Source: a virus | Taxonomy: Duplodnaviria; Heunggongvirae; Uroviricota; Caudoviricetes; Herelleviridae | Length of the DNA stretch: 64,000 nucleotides | Reading direction: 5' to 3' (one strand) | Virus record (IMG/VR): IMGVR_UViG_2974542590_000001 | Span: 27,054 to 91,053 of that record | In this document: in pieces, positions 26,715 through 36,988 of the stretch | Position numbering within the stretch: the first letter of the stretch is position 1 | Layout: every line of letters starts with the position of its first letter | The notes under the pieces: generated by a model | Told to the model about the DNA's origin: nothing | Databases searched by the model: none | Seen by the model: the letters and a program-made list of their open reading frames with translations, nothing else | Translations under genes and position numbers: made by a program

Positions 26715-29700
26715 TTAGATACTAGACCATGTGTACACATTAGGGTCTTTTGGTGGTTCTTCGGATGTAGTTAAAATTGTACCGTGGTAAGTATAGGAAT
26801 CAATGTTAGGAGTTCTTGTATCTCCTTTTTCAAGCTTAGCCCATTCAATCGTTGCAGAGCCATCAGCTACCTGTTCTGTAGGAGGTAACTGATAGATTAC
26901 TACTTTTGCAGTATCGGTGGTTGTCTGCATAATTTTTAGATTACCTGTCCATGACCACGTATTAGGTAAACCTTCAACGGCAACAAGATGTCCTTGAAAT
27001 TCAGTACTTGTTCCGTTTGCTGTTTGAATGTAGAAACCAAATTGTTTCATATTGGGTTTTGTTCCTTTTAATGTAAAGGTTACTTTTTCCCCATTCTTTA
27101 TTGACTTCTTAATAGGAAACGCCCCAATTAGATAATTAGAGTTACTGTAGCTTTTTGATTCAATTAAGTTTTCATTCAATGCAGTTTTCCCTAAGTAGTA
27201 AGGTGCATTAAGTAAATTAGGTTGGTAAGGAGTATTAATTTCTCCACGCTCAATTTTCATATTTCGCATTTTAAGTGTACCAGTAGGGTTAACATCAGTA
27301 ACATCTGTTTGCCAAGTAAAGTATAATACTTTAGGTACTCTCCCTTGATAATTCATAGTAGATGTTCCTTTTACTATTATCCAAGTATCTCTAGGAGCAT
27401 TCGCAGGGAGTCTTGTTGTTTGCAGTAGAATATAACCCCCATCAAGATACGCATAGTTAGCAAATATATGGGCAACATTACCGGTATAGTCAGAACCAAC
27501 ATACATTTCACAAGAAATTGTATAGGTTGCTTTATCTTCTAAGTATACACTGTTTTTACCATCGGTATTATACTTACTTAATCTAGCTGTCCCATCCATC
27601 AAAACAGTATACTCTCCGTTATTATAGGTAAGCGTTCCACCAGCTCCTGATTTGAACGTATCTGCATCGGTTACAGCTACATTAGGGTTTCCGCTATAAT
27701 CATACTCACCGAAGTCGGTGCTGTTTGAGTATAGGGTGTGTCTAGCTTTTACAGACACACTGCAAGTAGCACTAATGGTTCTGTCTTCACCGTACACGGT
27801 TAATGTGGTTTCCCCAATAGCTACTCCTGTAATATTGCCAGAAGTATCTACAGTAGCAATCTTAGTGTCTGTTATTTCCCACTCTAAGGTTGTGTTAGTT
27901 GCGCTAGCAGGTACTAAAGTTGGAGTAACTTTTGCTGTCTCACCAGTAGCAACTTCAACACTATCACTAGAAAGGGTAATACCCTTTAATGGAATTTCAC
28001 TTAAACATTCTACAGTACTTTGTAGCCCTAAACTATATCCGTCACCTAAACGATACTTGAATAGTACATTTAGCATGTCTAGTTCAACTGTTACATCTTT
28101 ATCTGTTTCGTTATCAAACACGTAACGAACAAATAATAGCTTGTAATCATTTAGATAGTCTGTGATACGGTTTGCTACTAAGTTGAATGTACGCATACGT
28201 AAGTCTAAGCTATCCGTGTTTAACTTGTGCCATGCACTCGTAGAAAAGTCATATAGTTCAACCGAGAAATTAATTGGTGAACTTGGACTTACTAAAGCCT
28301 TAAGTGCTGTAGAGATATTAAAGTTTTCAAACACAGTATTCAACGCTTGGTCTTCACCTAGGTCAGCAACAAGTTTTTCAAATTCTGTAGCATAATTTTC
28401 TTCGATAAATGTTTTAATATCAAATACCATATATGCCTTTTTGTTTGTTACATCTCCATTTACCGTCCATGTATACTTAGTCGGGTCTAATGTAGGTGTT
28501 TCTGTATCTTCTATCAGAGAGCCTACGTAGTCGTAGGAATCAATGTTAGGAGTTCTCGTATCTCCTTTTTCAAGTTTAGCCCATTCGATTGTTGCAGAAC
28601 CATTAGGTACCTGCCCTGCGGGAGGTAACTGATAGATTACTACTTTTGCAGTATCGGTGGTTGTCTGCATAATTTTTAGATTACCTGTCCATGACCACGT
28701 ATTAGGTAAACCTTCAACAGCAACAAGATGACCTTGAAACTCGGTACTTGCTCCGTTTGCTGTTTGAATGTATAAACCAAATTGTTTCGTATTAGGTTTT
28801 GTTCCTTTTAATGTAAAGGTTACTTTTTCCCCATTCTTTATTGACTTCTTAATAGGAAACGCCCCAATTAGATAATTAGAGTTACTGTAGCTTTTTGACT
28901 CAATCAGATTATCATTCAACGCAGTCTTTCCTAAGTAGTAAGGTGCATTAAGTAAATTAGGTTGATATGGTGTAGCGGGTTGATTAACAGACGACACTCT
29001 CTCAATCTTTATGTTATAGCCAATATACAGTTTACCTTTACCCTCTTTTGGTTGCCAAATTTGAAGGTAAGTTGTATCAACATTCAAATCTTTAGGAACA
29101 GTAAAAACTCCTGTTACATTTTGCCATGTTCCAATTCCCTCTCTAGGTGGATTTAGTGTTTTTAAAGCAGTACCATCTTTCAGTTTACAAACAAAGGCTG
29201 TTCTAAAATCATCAAAGTCATCACTTACCATCATTGGTACAGTCATGACATAGGTATTTCCCGGAATCCAAGGAGGGCAATTAGGTACGTATATGTTTCT
29301 ACTTGTGTTAGTGACTGATGGTTCACTACTATCCAGTTCTAAATAAGTTCCATGGTCTTTGAAACAAGCTAATGGCTCTGTCATTGTTATTCCATTACCA
29401 CTAAACTTGCTAAAATCTAGGTTAGGTGCTAAGTTAGGATTTCCACTATAATCATAGTTACCGAAGTCGGTGCTATTTGAGTATAGGGTGTGTACATTTT
29501 TTGTTGCAGGTACTTGAATAGAAGCTGTTCTTCCATCTTTTTCTTTTGTTTGATTGTACATATCAGAGCCTGCTTCACCTAGAGTTGTTTTTAAGTTACT
29601 CATAGAATCAGTAGCTTTTGGTGTGTAATCAAGCAATGTGGTACTTGCTAAGTGAATATAGCCTCGTCCATGGTTAAACGCCCCTGCAAGCACGTCTTCT

Positions 29701-30419
29701 CCGTTTAGCTTAGAGTTATTTGTGTGGAAGATGTTATTCCCCACAACTTGTGTTCGTTGGTCAGACAAGTTAATGTTACCTCGTAGGTCATAATACAAAC
29801 CGTTAAGGAACTCTAATTCTGTTTTATTTGTTACGTCTAAGTATACATAAGGACTTTCTACAGTTGTTTTATTCTTAGCTAAGCTTGTATCTAGTCTTAG
29901 ATAGAATAAAACACCCGCAGGTTTGAAAGCCTTGATAATCTCTACGATTTCAGGAGGAAACGGTCTGTCAATTGAAATGTCAATAATTGCAAAACGATAG
30001 TAATAACCCATTAAGTGGTCATCACCGTTTAATTTAGATTTATTTGTATAGAAGATGTTTCTCCATGGTTCGTAGATTTGAACAACTGCATCATTATCAT
30101 TAAGAAAATCTACTAGTGCATCAATGATAGCAGGAATTGTACCACGCTTAAGAAGTAGTTCCCGTATGATACGTGCACGATAGTACTCATCGTCCCAACC
30201 GTCCTTACGGTACACCCCGAACCAATCTCCCCAAGTGTCTAGGTACGTATCTGTAGCAGACTCTAAGGAGGATTGTATTTTACTAGCAATGGTTTCTTGC
30301 TCTGCCTGTGTTAATTCATAATTCAACGCATTTAACACAGCGAAATTCGTGTCATCGTACTTCTCCGGACGTTTATTTCTTCGCAAGAGTGGGTGTATGT
30401 TTCTGAAAAAATTACTCAC
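26715..30419 (-). CDS. Baseplate wedge/arm protein with Ig-like domain and duplicated carbohydrate-binding-like modules
   Basis: N-terminal wedge domain (YLDTWGDWFG, KPAGV), Big_2-like segment, two PYQPNLLNAPYYLG...PNIDSY modules. Confidence 0.8.
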   Translation of the reverse strand: MSNFFRNIHPLLRRNKRPEKYDDTNFAVLNALNYELTQAEQETIASKIQSSLESATDTYLDTWGDWFGVYRKDGWDDEYYRARIIRELLLKRGTIPAIIDALVDFLNDNDAVVQIYEPWRNIFYTNKSKLNGDDHLMGYYYRFAIIDISIDRPFPPEIVEIIKAFKPAGVLFYLRLDTSLAKNKTTVESPYVYLDVTNKTELEFLNGLYYDLRGNINLSDQRTQVVGNNIFHTNNSKLNGEDVLAGAFNHGRGYIHLASTTLLDYTPKATDSMSNLKTTLGEAGSDMYNQTKEKDGRTASIQVPATKNVHTLYSNSTDFGNYDYSGNPNLAPNLDFSKFSGNGITMTEPLACFKDHGTYLELDSSEPSVTNTSRNIYVPNCPPWIPGNTYVMTVPMMVSDDFDDFRTAFVCKLKDGTALKTLNPPREGIGTWQNVTGVFTVPKDLNVDTTYLQIWQPKEGKGKLYIGYNIKIERVSSVNQPATPYQPNLLNAPYYLGKTALNDNLIESKSYSNSNYLIGAFPIKKSIKNGEKVTFTLKGTKPNTKQFGLYIQTANGASTEFQGHLVAVEGLPNTWSWTGNLKIMQTTTDTAKVVIYQLPPAGQVPNGSATIEWAKLEKGDTRTPNIDSYDYVGSLIEDTETPTLDPTKYTWTVNGDVTNKKAYMVFDIKTFIEENYATEFEKLVADLGEDQALNTVFENFNISTALKALVSPSSPINFSVELYDFSTSAWHKLNTDSLDLRMRTFNLVANRITDYLNDYKLLFVRYVFDNETDKDVTVELDMLNVLFKYRLGDGYSLGLQSTVECLSEIPLKGITLSSDSVEVATGETAKVTPTLVPASATNTTLEWEITDTKIATVDTSGNITGVAIGETTLTVYGEDRTISATCSVSVKARHTLYSNSTDFGEYDYSGNPNVAVTDADTFKSGAGGTLTYNNGEYTVLMDGTARLSKYNTDGKNSVYLEDKATYTISCEMYVGSDYTGNVAHIFANYAYLDGGYILLQTTRLPANAPRDTWIIVKGTSTMNYQGRVPKVLYFTWQTDVTDVNPTGTLKMRNMKIERGEINTPYQPNLLNAPYYLGKTALNENLIESKSYSNSNYLIGAFPIKKSIKNGEKVTFTLKGTKPNMKQFGFYIQTANGTSTEFQGHLVAVEGLPNTWSWTGNLKIMQTTTDTAKVVIYQLPPTEQVADGSATIEWAKLEKGDTRTPNIDSYTYHGTILTTSEEPPKDPNVYTWSSI
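26794..27223. repeat. Direct repeat copy 1 (about 430 bp)
   Basis: Near-identical to 28534-28963, offset 1740 bp. Confidence 0.92.
28534..28963. repeat. Direct repeat copy 2 (about 430 bp)
   Basis: Near-identical to 26794-27223. Confidence 0.92.
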
Positions 30420-30430
30420 AATTTTACCTC

Positions 30431-31483
30431 CTAGATTAATTCTATTGTTACGTCTCCTGCACGAATGATTTCCTCGTCTCTAATATCTAAGTTACCATCC
30501 AAGTTATTAATTACGCAGTCATATATTAAGTTATCATCAATATTCATGATAGCCTGTAACAAGTCAGCTTTCACTAATGTTTGGGATACTGTACGACTAT
30601 TTAGATAGTTTCTGATAGTTAGTTCAATTCGTTCTTCTAGTGCAGTGTTAATTCTGTTTTTATTACTAATTGTGATTGTTACATCAATTGGTACTGTAAG
30701 TTTGACTACAGGGAACACATCTAATTTAATTCCCGCAGGTCGATAATCTTCAATAGCTGTTTTGATTTTAGCTAGTGTTTCATCTTTTAAGTCTCCGTTC
30801 AAGTCATGAGCATAAATACGTACATAACCAACTTCCTCTTTGATATACACACCGGATACTTCTTCTACTTGTCGTGTACCGTAATCTAAAGCTTTAATTG
30901 TAGCTCTACCACGGGACTCAACAAAAGCATGGAACCTTTTCTTCACAGATTCAACACTTTCTTCATCTGTACCAGTAAGTATGTCATATTCATTATACAC
31001 TTTTTTCAGGTTAGAGATGTTGTTAATAACACGATTTATTCTTCCTTTGGCAATGTTACCTTTCGAACCTACTGTCGTACAGTAAACTTCTACCTTTGCT
31101 GTAACAACTCCGGCAGGAATCACGTAGTCTTGCATGGTTTGAAATGTCAAGTTACTAGGTGCACCAGACAAGCTAGAGTCAAAGGTTGTACCTGTCGGCA
31201 CATAAACAGGGGTTTGTGTTACGGTATGAAATTCTAGGGTAACCATACCATAAGCCCGTTTAGCTTCACGTTTTCTAAAATCAAAAGCATTGAGTACCCC
31301 CTGTTCGATACCCCATAAAATATTTTCTCTTCCTAAGATGTAATATTGTTCAAGTTCCATTGATACAGCTTCGTAAATGGAACGGATTGTAGACCCTACA
31401 GAGAAGTCGTTTAACTCATGAGTATTAATCATGGTTACGTCAATTAGTCTACCTAAAATTTCTGAAATCTTCTTTAGTCTCAC
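30431..31483 (-). CDS. Baseplate J-like protein
   Basis: DFSVGSTIRSIYE, GTDEES..KRF, YRPAGI. Confidence 0.9.
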   Translation of the reverse strand: MRLKKISEILGRLIDVTMINTHELNDFSVGSTIRSIYEAVSMELEQYYILGRENILWGIEQGVLNAFDFRKREAKRAYGMVTLEFHTVTQTPVYVPTGTTFDSSLSGAPSNLTFQTMQDYVIPAGVVTAKVEVYCTTVGSKGNIAKGRINRVINNISNLKKVYNEYDILTGTDEESVESVKKRFHAFVESRGRATIKALDYGTRQVEEVSGVYIKEEVGYVRIYAHDLNGDLKDETLAKIKTAIEDYRPAGIKLDVFPVVKLTVPIDVTITISNKNRINTALEERIELTIRNYLNSRTVSQTLVKADLLQAIMNIDDNLIYDCVINNLDGNLDIRDEEIIRAGDVTIELI

Positions 31484-31497
31484 AGGGATACTCCTTT

Positions 31498-32202
31498 CTA
31501 TTCTATAACAATTGCGCCCACACTATCATTTTGCACCACAAACTCAAATTGGTCTTTTGTTGATTGTATGGTTGCTCGGTAGTTTCCTACATAGTGGTCT
31601 TCTTCGATATAATGACTAACTAGTACACACTCAGCTACCCGAGTGTCTTTTAACACAGTTTCACATACTTCTAAGCTAATCAATTTCATTTGTTCAATAG
31701 TTGTTTTGCCAAAAAGTAGGTGTAGGTTGCTACCATATTCTGGATGTAGCATTAAAGACCCCTTAGCGGTCATTAGACGGGAGATAGTTGCTTGCCTTAT
31801 ATTATCTGCTCCACTAGCCGTCTTAAGGTCTCCGTGCCCGTTATGGGTCAATGAGAACACCTCATCACTTGTACCATGGTTCTCATAGTATTCTGTCTCA
31901 CTTATCATGTCCAAATCTCTCCCTAAAGAGAGGCTAAGCAAGAAGTCCATGTCTCGTTGGTTTAAATGGTTAATATCCGTGTCTAACAGATTAGCTTCTA
32001 CAGGAATCACTAAGGTGTCTCCCGGTGTTGCTAGGTGTTCGATATTAGCCATCTTCTCCTGCATAGTATCTACTATGTATGGATAAACCAAGGAGTTATA
32101 CTCAGCAATCTTTATCCAGTCATTTACAGAACCTGTCTCCATTTGAGCAATGGATTGCATGGTTTCTCCATAAACGATTGTATGTTTCTTATATCGTGCC
32201 AT
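31498..32202 (-). CDS. Baseplate wedge / sheath initiator (LysM-like plus gp25-like)
   Basis: GETMQSIA...WIKIAEYNSL; RLMTAKGSLMLHPEYGS. Confidence 0.85.
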   Translation of the reverse strand: MARYKKHTIVYGETMQSIAQMETGSVNDWIKIAEYNSLVYPYIVDTMQEKMANIEHLATPGDTLVIPVEANLLDTDINHLNQRDMDFLLSLSLGRDLDMISETEYYENHGTSDEVFSLTHNGHGDLKTASGADNIRQATISRLMTAKGSLMLHPEYGSNLHLLFGKTTIEQMKLISLEVCETVLKDTRVAECVLVSHYIEEDHYVGNYRATIQSTKDQFEFVVQNDSVGAIVIE

Positions 32203-32725
32203 TTACTGGTAACCCTCCTTGAATTAATGGAATCTGTTCTTGAATATAACCAAGGGCAATATCCATAGAGTGTAAATCCATTACAATATCAGTATAGTCT
32301 TTTTTCTCCCCTAAGTAGTCCACAAGATATTTTACGTTTTCTCTTGTTTGTTTCACATCTGATTCGTTAATCATTTTGAACATCTCGGGTTTTTCTTCAA
32401 TTGCATAAATTAAAGCAAAAGATTCAAGTACTACGATTTGAGCTAACTGGTAAATGTCAGGAGCTGTTAATCGTAGTCCACTCTTCAAAAACTTATAGGT
32501 TAGTGAATCCTTGGATAACTCTTTATTTGTTTCACTAATGTTATTGTCTTTCACAATATCCAATAAGGTACTAGATATTTTATTCACTCTTGTGTGTGGT
32601 GTGTAAAATCTAGAAATAAAGTTAGGTTGGTCGTCTATGACATTACTAACAACATCTCCTTGCACGTTTACGTTTAAGTAACGAAAGAATCTTAGCAAGT
32701 CCGCAGATTGATATACAGTTGCCAT
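32189..32725 (-). CDS. Conserved structural-module protein
   Basis: 178-aa ORF coupled to both neighbours. Confidence 0.7.
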   Translation of the reverse strand: MATVYQSADLLRFFRYLNVNVQGDVVSNVIDDQPNFISRFYTPHTRVNKISSTLLDIVKDNNISETNKELSKDSLTYKFLKSGLRLTAPDIYQLAQIVVLESFALIYAIEEKPEMFKMINESDVKQTRENVKYLVDYLGEKKDYTDIVMDLHSMDIALGYIQEQIPLIQGGLPVNGTI

Positions 32726-33426
32726 TATTGACCACCTCCGTAACCAATTAATCTTTTTAGTTCAACTAAACCGTAGTTATAGGCACCAGATGTACCACTA
32801 GGATTTACTGCTATATTTGGCAACACAGAATTTTTATACTGTTCATGTAGTAACTGTGCAGGTGTTCTAATTACACCACTTCTTGTGTCTTTATCCTTGT
32901 CTCCTACACTTGGATTTTTATTTCCGATTTCTGGGTTTACTTGGTCACGTTCAGCAGGCTCTCCCGCTTTTCTTAATACAACTAAACTTAATGTATAAGT
33001 AAATAGTAATGGCTGTTCCGCAGAACGTTCTATAGTGAGACCTTCTGGGGCTAAATGAACCACGAAATACTGGTCATCAGTAAAATTATAGAACTTCATT
33101 TCTACTTTTGGACGGTTACCATTACCACCTTGATTTGCATAATCATCTATCAAATTAGATAGTTCTCTTAATCTATCAGCACCGTTCATTCCTCTAGAGT
33201 CTTTTCTAAATCCAGTTGTACCAGAGAATTGAATGGTTTCAATATCTCTACCAAAGTCCTCAGTGATAATGTTAGACTTTGTTTTAAAAATTGTTACACG
33301 GTGTGGTTTGCTGTATTTATATTGAGTTGGGTTAACTTGAAATCTATACCAACCTGTGTTTGGGTCGTCCCCAACTTGAATAGCAATTCTTTTTAATGTT
33401 CCACCCATTCCATCTGATTGTCCCAC
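32725..33426 (-). CDS. Baseplate / tail tube initiator-like protein
   Basis: FQVNPTQY...IQFSGTTG motif; likely GTG start (MGQSDG) after AAGGA. Confidence 0.7.
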   Translation of the reverse strand: MGQSDGMGGTLKRIAIQVGDDPNTGWYRFQVNPTQYKYSKPHRVTIFKTKSNIITEDFGRDIETIQFSGTTGFRKDSRGMNGADRLRELSNLIDDYANQGGNGNRPKVEMKFYNFTDDQYFVVHLAPEGLTIERSAEQPLLFTYTLSLVVLRKAGEPAERDQVNPEIGNKNPSVGDKDKDTRSGVIRTPAQLLHEQYKNSVLPNIAVNPSGTSGAYNYGLVELKRLIGYGGGQ

Positions 33427-33469
33427 ACTTATCACGTCCTTTCGTCCATTAATATAGTACAATTAACTA

Positions 33470-33499
33470 AGAAAAAAGAGGACAGCCTAAGCCACCCTC
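33470..33499 (-). terminator. Intrinsic terminator
   Basis: GAGGGTGGC-TTAG-GCTGTCCTC then T run. Confidence 0.85.
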
Positions 33500-33580
33500 T
33501 TCCTCTCCCCGAGCATTATAGGAAGAACCCAATAGCTAGTCCTGCGACTAAGCCAATGGAAACCCCCAGTGTTAGAAAGA

Positions 33581-33727
33581 CTACTCGGGTGCTTGTTCTT
33601 TTTTTGTCATTTCGTCTACAATTCTTTGTACATCTTCTCGAATCATAGCAGGAACTTTGTCCATTGTCCATACTGTAGGGTCTTTCATGACATACGTTGC
33701 ATATAGCATTGATAGGTGTGGATACAC
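33581..33727 (-). CDS. 48-aa XkdX/CD1375-like microprotein (missing from ORF track)
   Basis: GGAGGTG RBS, GTG start, MYPHLSMLYATYVMKDPTVWTMDKVPAMIREDVQRIVDEMTKKEQAPE; follows fibre chaperone. Confidence 0.8.
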   Translation of the reverse strand: MYPHLSMLYATYVMKDPTVWTMDKVPAMIREDVQRIVDEMTKKEQAPE

Positions 33728-33747
33728 AGTTATCACCTCCTTTAAAG

Positions 33748-34494
33748 TTAACCTGTAATCATGCTTGACAGCATATTGATTGCATCCATTAGAGCTAACT
33801 CATTTAATTCTACTTTTTGTTTTAACTCTTTGTTTTCTTTAGCCAGTGCATCAAACTCTTCTTGGCTGATTTCTCCGTCTCCATCTAAATCAATTACAGG
33901 TTTTTCTGGTAACGGTTCATCAGGAATAGAGTCCCAAGTTATAGTTGCTATTTCTTCTATAGTCTCTTTCTCGTCTACTAACGGATACAGCTTACAGTTT
34001 AACTTATCAATTTTCTCTTTTTTTACTAAAGTAGCATATGTGTATAAGGTCATAAATGCTAATTTGTCAAGCGCTATAATTTGTACTTGACCATCTTTTA
34101 TAAACTCCCAATCAACACTTGTGATACTCTTCATTTTAAAAAGCTGTTCAGTTTGCTCAAACAATGACTGTTTGTTTACTGAATAGGATACACGATACAT
34201 GATTTTTTCATGTTCATATAAGAATCCTTCGAGTATTTTTTGTTTGCATTCAAGAGCTAGTAGCTCCTTTTTATCTTCTCTAGCAAATTTAATTTGCCTG
34301 TCGGGAACAAAAACAAGTTCTCCATCTATGAATCTATAAGAAGCACAGCTATTTGCAAAGAAGGGGTGGCTAGCAGGGAGAGTTACGGAAATTAGACTTC
34401 CTTCACCGTTTAAGTTCTCTCCCCACTGCTCCACGTAGTTATCTTTGTCTAAAATTAGTACGATTTCTTTATACTCTAACTCATCTGTCACCAC
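33748..34494 (-). CDS. Putative tail fibre assembly chaperone
   Basis: Follows fibre gene; YRFIDGELVF, EIATITWD, C-terminal coiled coil. Confidence 0.65.
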   Translation of the reverse strand: MVTDELEYKEIVLILDKDNYVEQWGENLNGEGSLISVTLPASHPFFANSCASYRFIDGELVFVPDRQIKFAREDKKELLALECKQKILEGFLYEHEKIMYRVSYSVNKQSLFEQTEQLFKMKSITSVDWEFIKDGQVQIIALDKLAFMTLYTYATLVKKEKIDKLNCKLYPLVDEKETIEEIATITWDSIPDEPLPEKPVIDLDGDGEISQEEFDALAKENKELKQKVELNELALMDAINMLSSMITG

Positions 34495-36899
34495 TCATAC
34501 ACCGCCCTTAGTACTGTTTTAGCATTTTCTCCTGCACTATTGTTTTCGCTGACACCTGCAATTATTGTCCCATGGTCTTGAATATGGAAAACTTTAACTG
34601 CTATTGTATTGGCGTATGTTGAAACAAGTACGCGTTTATATTGGTCTCCGGTTGATTGCAGTGTAGCTTTATGAATTAAAACACATACAGAGTCAGCATC
34701 AGAAGCTACTCCGTTCATATATTTTGAAAAGAACAGTGCCCAACCATTAGGACAAGCATAAATACTTTTTGATATGGCTATTTTTTGTGTATTCCCTATA
34801 TACCAAGCCCCAGACCAAAGACGATTCTCTTTAAATCCAGAATTTTCCGGATTCATAGTAAAAAGTGGAACTTTGTCATTGTTAATATAAAGGGAACCGT
34901 CTCTCATATACATATAATCATAGTCATCCAAGTTATTAGAATTAACAGTCTTACCTGATTTAATAAAGTGTAAGCCTTCTCCATGGTTATCCATTACATC
35001 ATTAGAGAAAAATATTCCATTTAACCCAGATATATCACTGTTGTTCATCTGAATACCTGTTTTGCCTGAATCATGATACCTTTCTGGCTCAATTTCAATT
35101 ACACCATTAAGGTTACGACTTTCTCCTGTACCTGTTAAGTTACCAAAACCTACAGATTCACGAACAGCATCAATAAACATGATAGGTTTTCCGGCAGGAA
35201 TATTTGCTTCTTTCGTGAAACTTCCAAACTTATCTTTAATGGTTAATCGGAAATTCCAACTGTATTCGTTAGGTACCTTAATGACAGTGGTAGGAACAAT
35301 AACTTTTGTTCCATCAGTGCTAAAATTAACGGGTGTTTCTGAACCCCAAGTATCAGTCCCTGCTCGTTTTGTTGCATAAGTTACAGCAGTAATTGCATTT
35401 TTATTTACCCCACTAATAGTAACGGGTGCCCAACTACTTGAAACTGTTAACTCTGTGTCTACTTCAAAGTTGTTTCTACGTGCAACTGTATAGTTCACAT
35501 CAGGATTGCTATATGGGTATACTTGAACTGTTTTTGTCCAAGATGTACTAAATCCTCGACCGTCTAAAACAGTAACAACTAATGAAGAAGCTGTTCCTTC
35601 ATTTGGTGCCCCAATATCAATATTAAATCCAGAAGCACTGTAGTTTGCTGTCTTAGTAGCACCGCCTAACGAGGCTTGAACGGTTTTAATCGTTGCGTAT
35701 CCCTGACCTGTAGCAAAATTAGCCGGAATAGTTACTCGAATATTTGACTTGCTTTGCAGAGCTACTTGGTTACTACCTGTAACATTTGTAGCTTCGGTAC
35801 TTAAGTCAGCGTAGGTTGGTGTTCCGTTTATAACAGGTAAATAGTCCTCTTTTGGAATTGTACAAACAATATGCTGTCCCGTCCAAGGAGTTCGATATTG
35901 TACCCCATTGTAGTAACTGGTTACTCGTACTTGCCCCCATGTTCCTGCATCATCCGGAGACTCTTTCAAGATAGAATCCACGTTTGCTTGGGTTAATGTA
36001 AGAGTCATAGAATTAGCATGTACATTTGTTGCTACTGGTATGGATACTCCTCGATAGTCAAATACACCAGTATAGTTAAAGTTAGCATCAGATTGAAAAT
36101 TACTTAGGTTAACTGTAATTTTTTCTCCTACTTTAACTTTTAAGTTACCACCGGAAGCTTGCGCATTCATTGGAGGTTTTATTCGGAAGGTTCGTTGTTG
36201 GCTTGGCTCAGACTCATTCAAACCATTCGTCCAGAGCTTCACCTTACCTACCCATTCGGTGTTTGTACCCATCCTCTTGAACATTTCAGTAAAGTTTGCT
36301 ACACTAAAAGTAAACGTACCACTTGTTCCTACATTTGTTATATCGTTTAACCAAACCCAATGGGAGTCATTTGTTAATGTTGGGTTAGTTCTATTTGCGA
36401 CCCATACACTTAAATTGTGAGTAAAACTAGAACTTTGTCGAGTAATACTTACGCTTAGTTTGTTTGGAATATTCAAATCTGGAACAGGATTCAAAGAACT
36501 CTTACGTGGGATTCTATCTAAATAAACCGCAAATGCAGGTATAGTAACTGTTCCATAATAAACTCCTGCAAATGTTACGTTTACAAAGTAGCTACCGGTA
36601 ATAGTAAATGATTTGTTACCATCTGCATCATGGTTGACACGCCAAACTTTAGCTAATAATAATTTTTTCTGGTATGCGTTCAATTGAGAGGTCGCATTTT
36701 CTGTTTGTCTTAGCCCATTAGCTGTTACCTGCGCTTGACCTACAGCGGAGGCAGATATTGCACCATAGGCATCCATAGATTGCAAATACAACCAAATACT
36801 TACATCAGAATAGTTACCTGCAATATTTTGAGAAGCTCTCCATTCTAATACAAGTCTATGTCTTGCAAAAGCTGTATACTTGCTACCGCTTATAGCCAT
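34488..36899 (-). CDS. Tail fibre / minor structural protein (DUF859-like)
   Basis: LVLEWRASQNIAGNYSDV N-terminus, LDRIPRKSS, beta-rich repeats, LWSGAWY C-terminal domain. Confidence 0.75.
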   Translation of the reverse strand: MAISGSKYTAFARHRLVLEWRASQNIAGNYSDVSIWLYLQSMDAYGAISASAVGQAQVTANGLRQTENATSQLNAYQKKLLLAKVWRVNHDADGNKSFTITGSYFVNVTFAGVYYGTVTIPAFAVYLDRIPRKSSLNPVPDLNIPNKLSVSITRQSSSFTHNLSVWVANRTNPTLTNDSHWVWLNDITNVGTSGTFTFSVANFTEMFKRMGTNTEWVGKVKLWTNGLNESEPSQQRTFRIKPPMNAQASGGNLKVKVGEKITVNLSNFQSDANFNYTGVFDYRGVSIPVATNVHANSMTLTLTQANVDSILKESPDDAGTWGQVRVTSYYNGVQYRTPWTGQHIVCTIPKEDYLPVINGTPTYADLSTEATNVTGSNQVALQSKSNIRVTIPANFATGQGYATIKTVQASLGGATKTANYSASGFNIDIGAPNEGTASSLVVTVLDGRGFSTSWTKTVQVYPYSNPDVNYTVARRNNFEVDTELTVSSSWAPVTISGVNKNAITAVTYATKRAGTDTWGSETPVNFSTDGTKVIVPTTVIKVPNEYSWNFRLTIKDKFGSFTKEANIPAGKPIMFIDAVRESVGFGNLTGTGESRNLNGVIEIEPERYHDSGKTGIQMNNSDISGLNGIFFSNDVMDNHGEGLHFIKSGKTVNSNNLDDYDYMYMRDGSLYINNDKVPLFTMNPENSGFKENRLWSGAWYIGNTQKIAISKSIYACPNGWALFFSKYMNGVASDADSVCVLIHKATLQSTGDQYKRVLVSTYANTIAVKVFHIQDHGTIIAGVSENNSAGENAKTVLRAVYEW

Positions 36900-36988
36900 T
36901 TTTTCACCTCATTATTTTGTTTCTCATAATATAATTATAGCACAACACAACAAAAGAGAGCCTTACAGGAAAGGCTCCCCTCTATTTG

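Noticed and set aside
26794..28963. Diversity-generating retroelement TR/VR pair
   Set aside because: Mismatches are not adenine-specific, both copies are coding, and no reverse transcriptase is in the window
33516..33673. Independent 51-aa ORF starting MDNGQSS in the -1 frame
   Set aside because: No RBS before that ATG and its N-half looks like an off-frame reading; only the hydrophobic tail is kept, as a frameshift candidate
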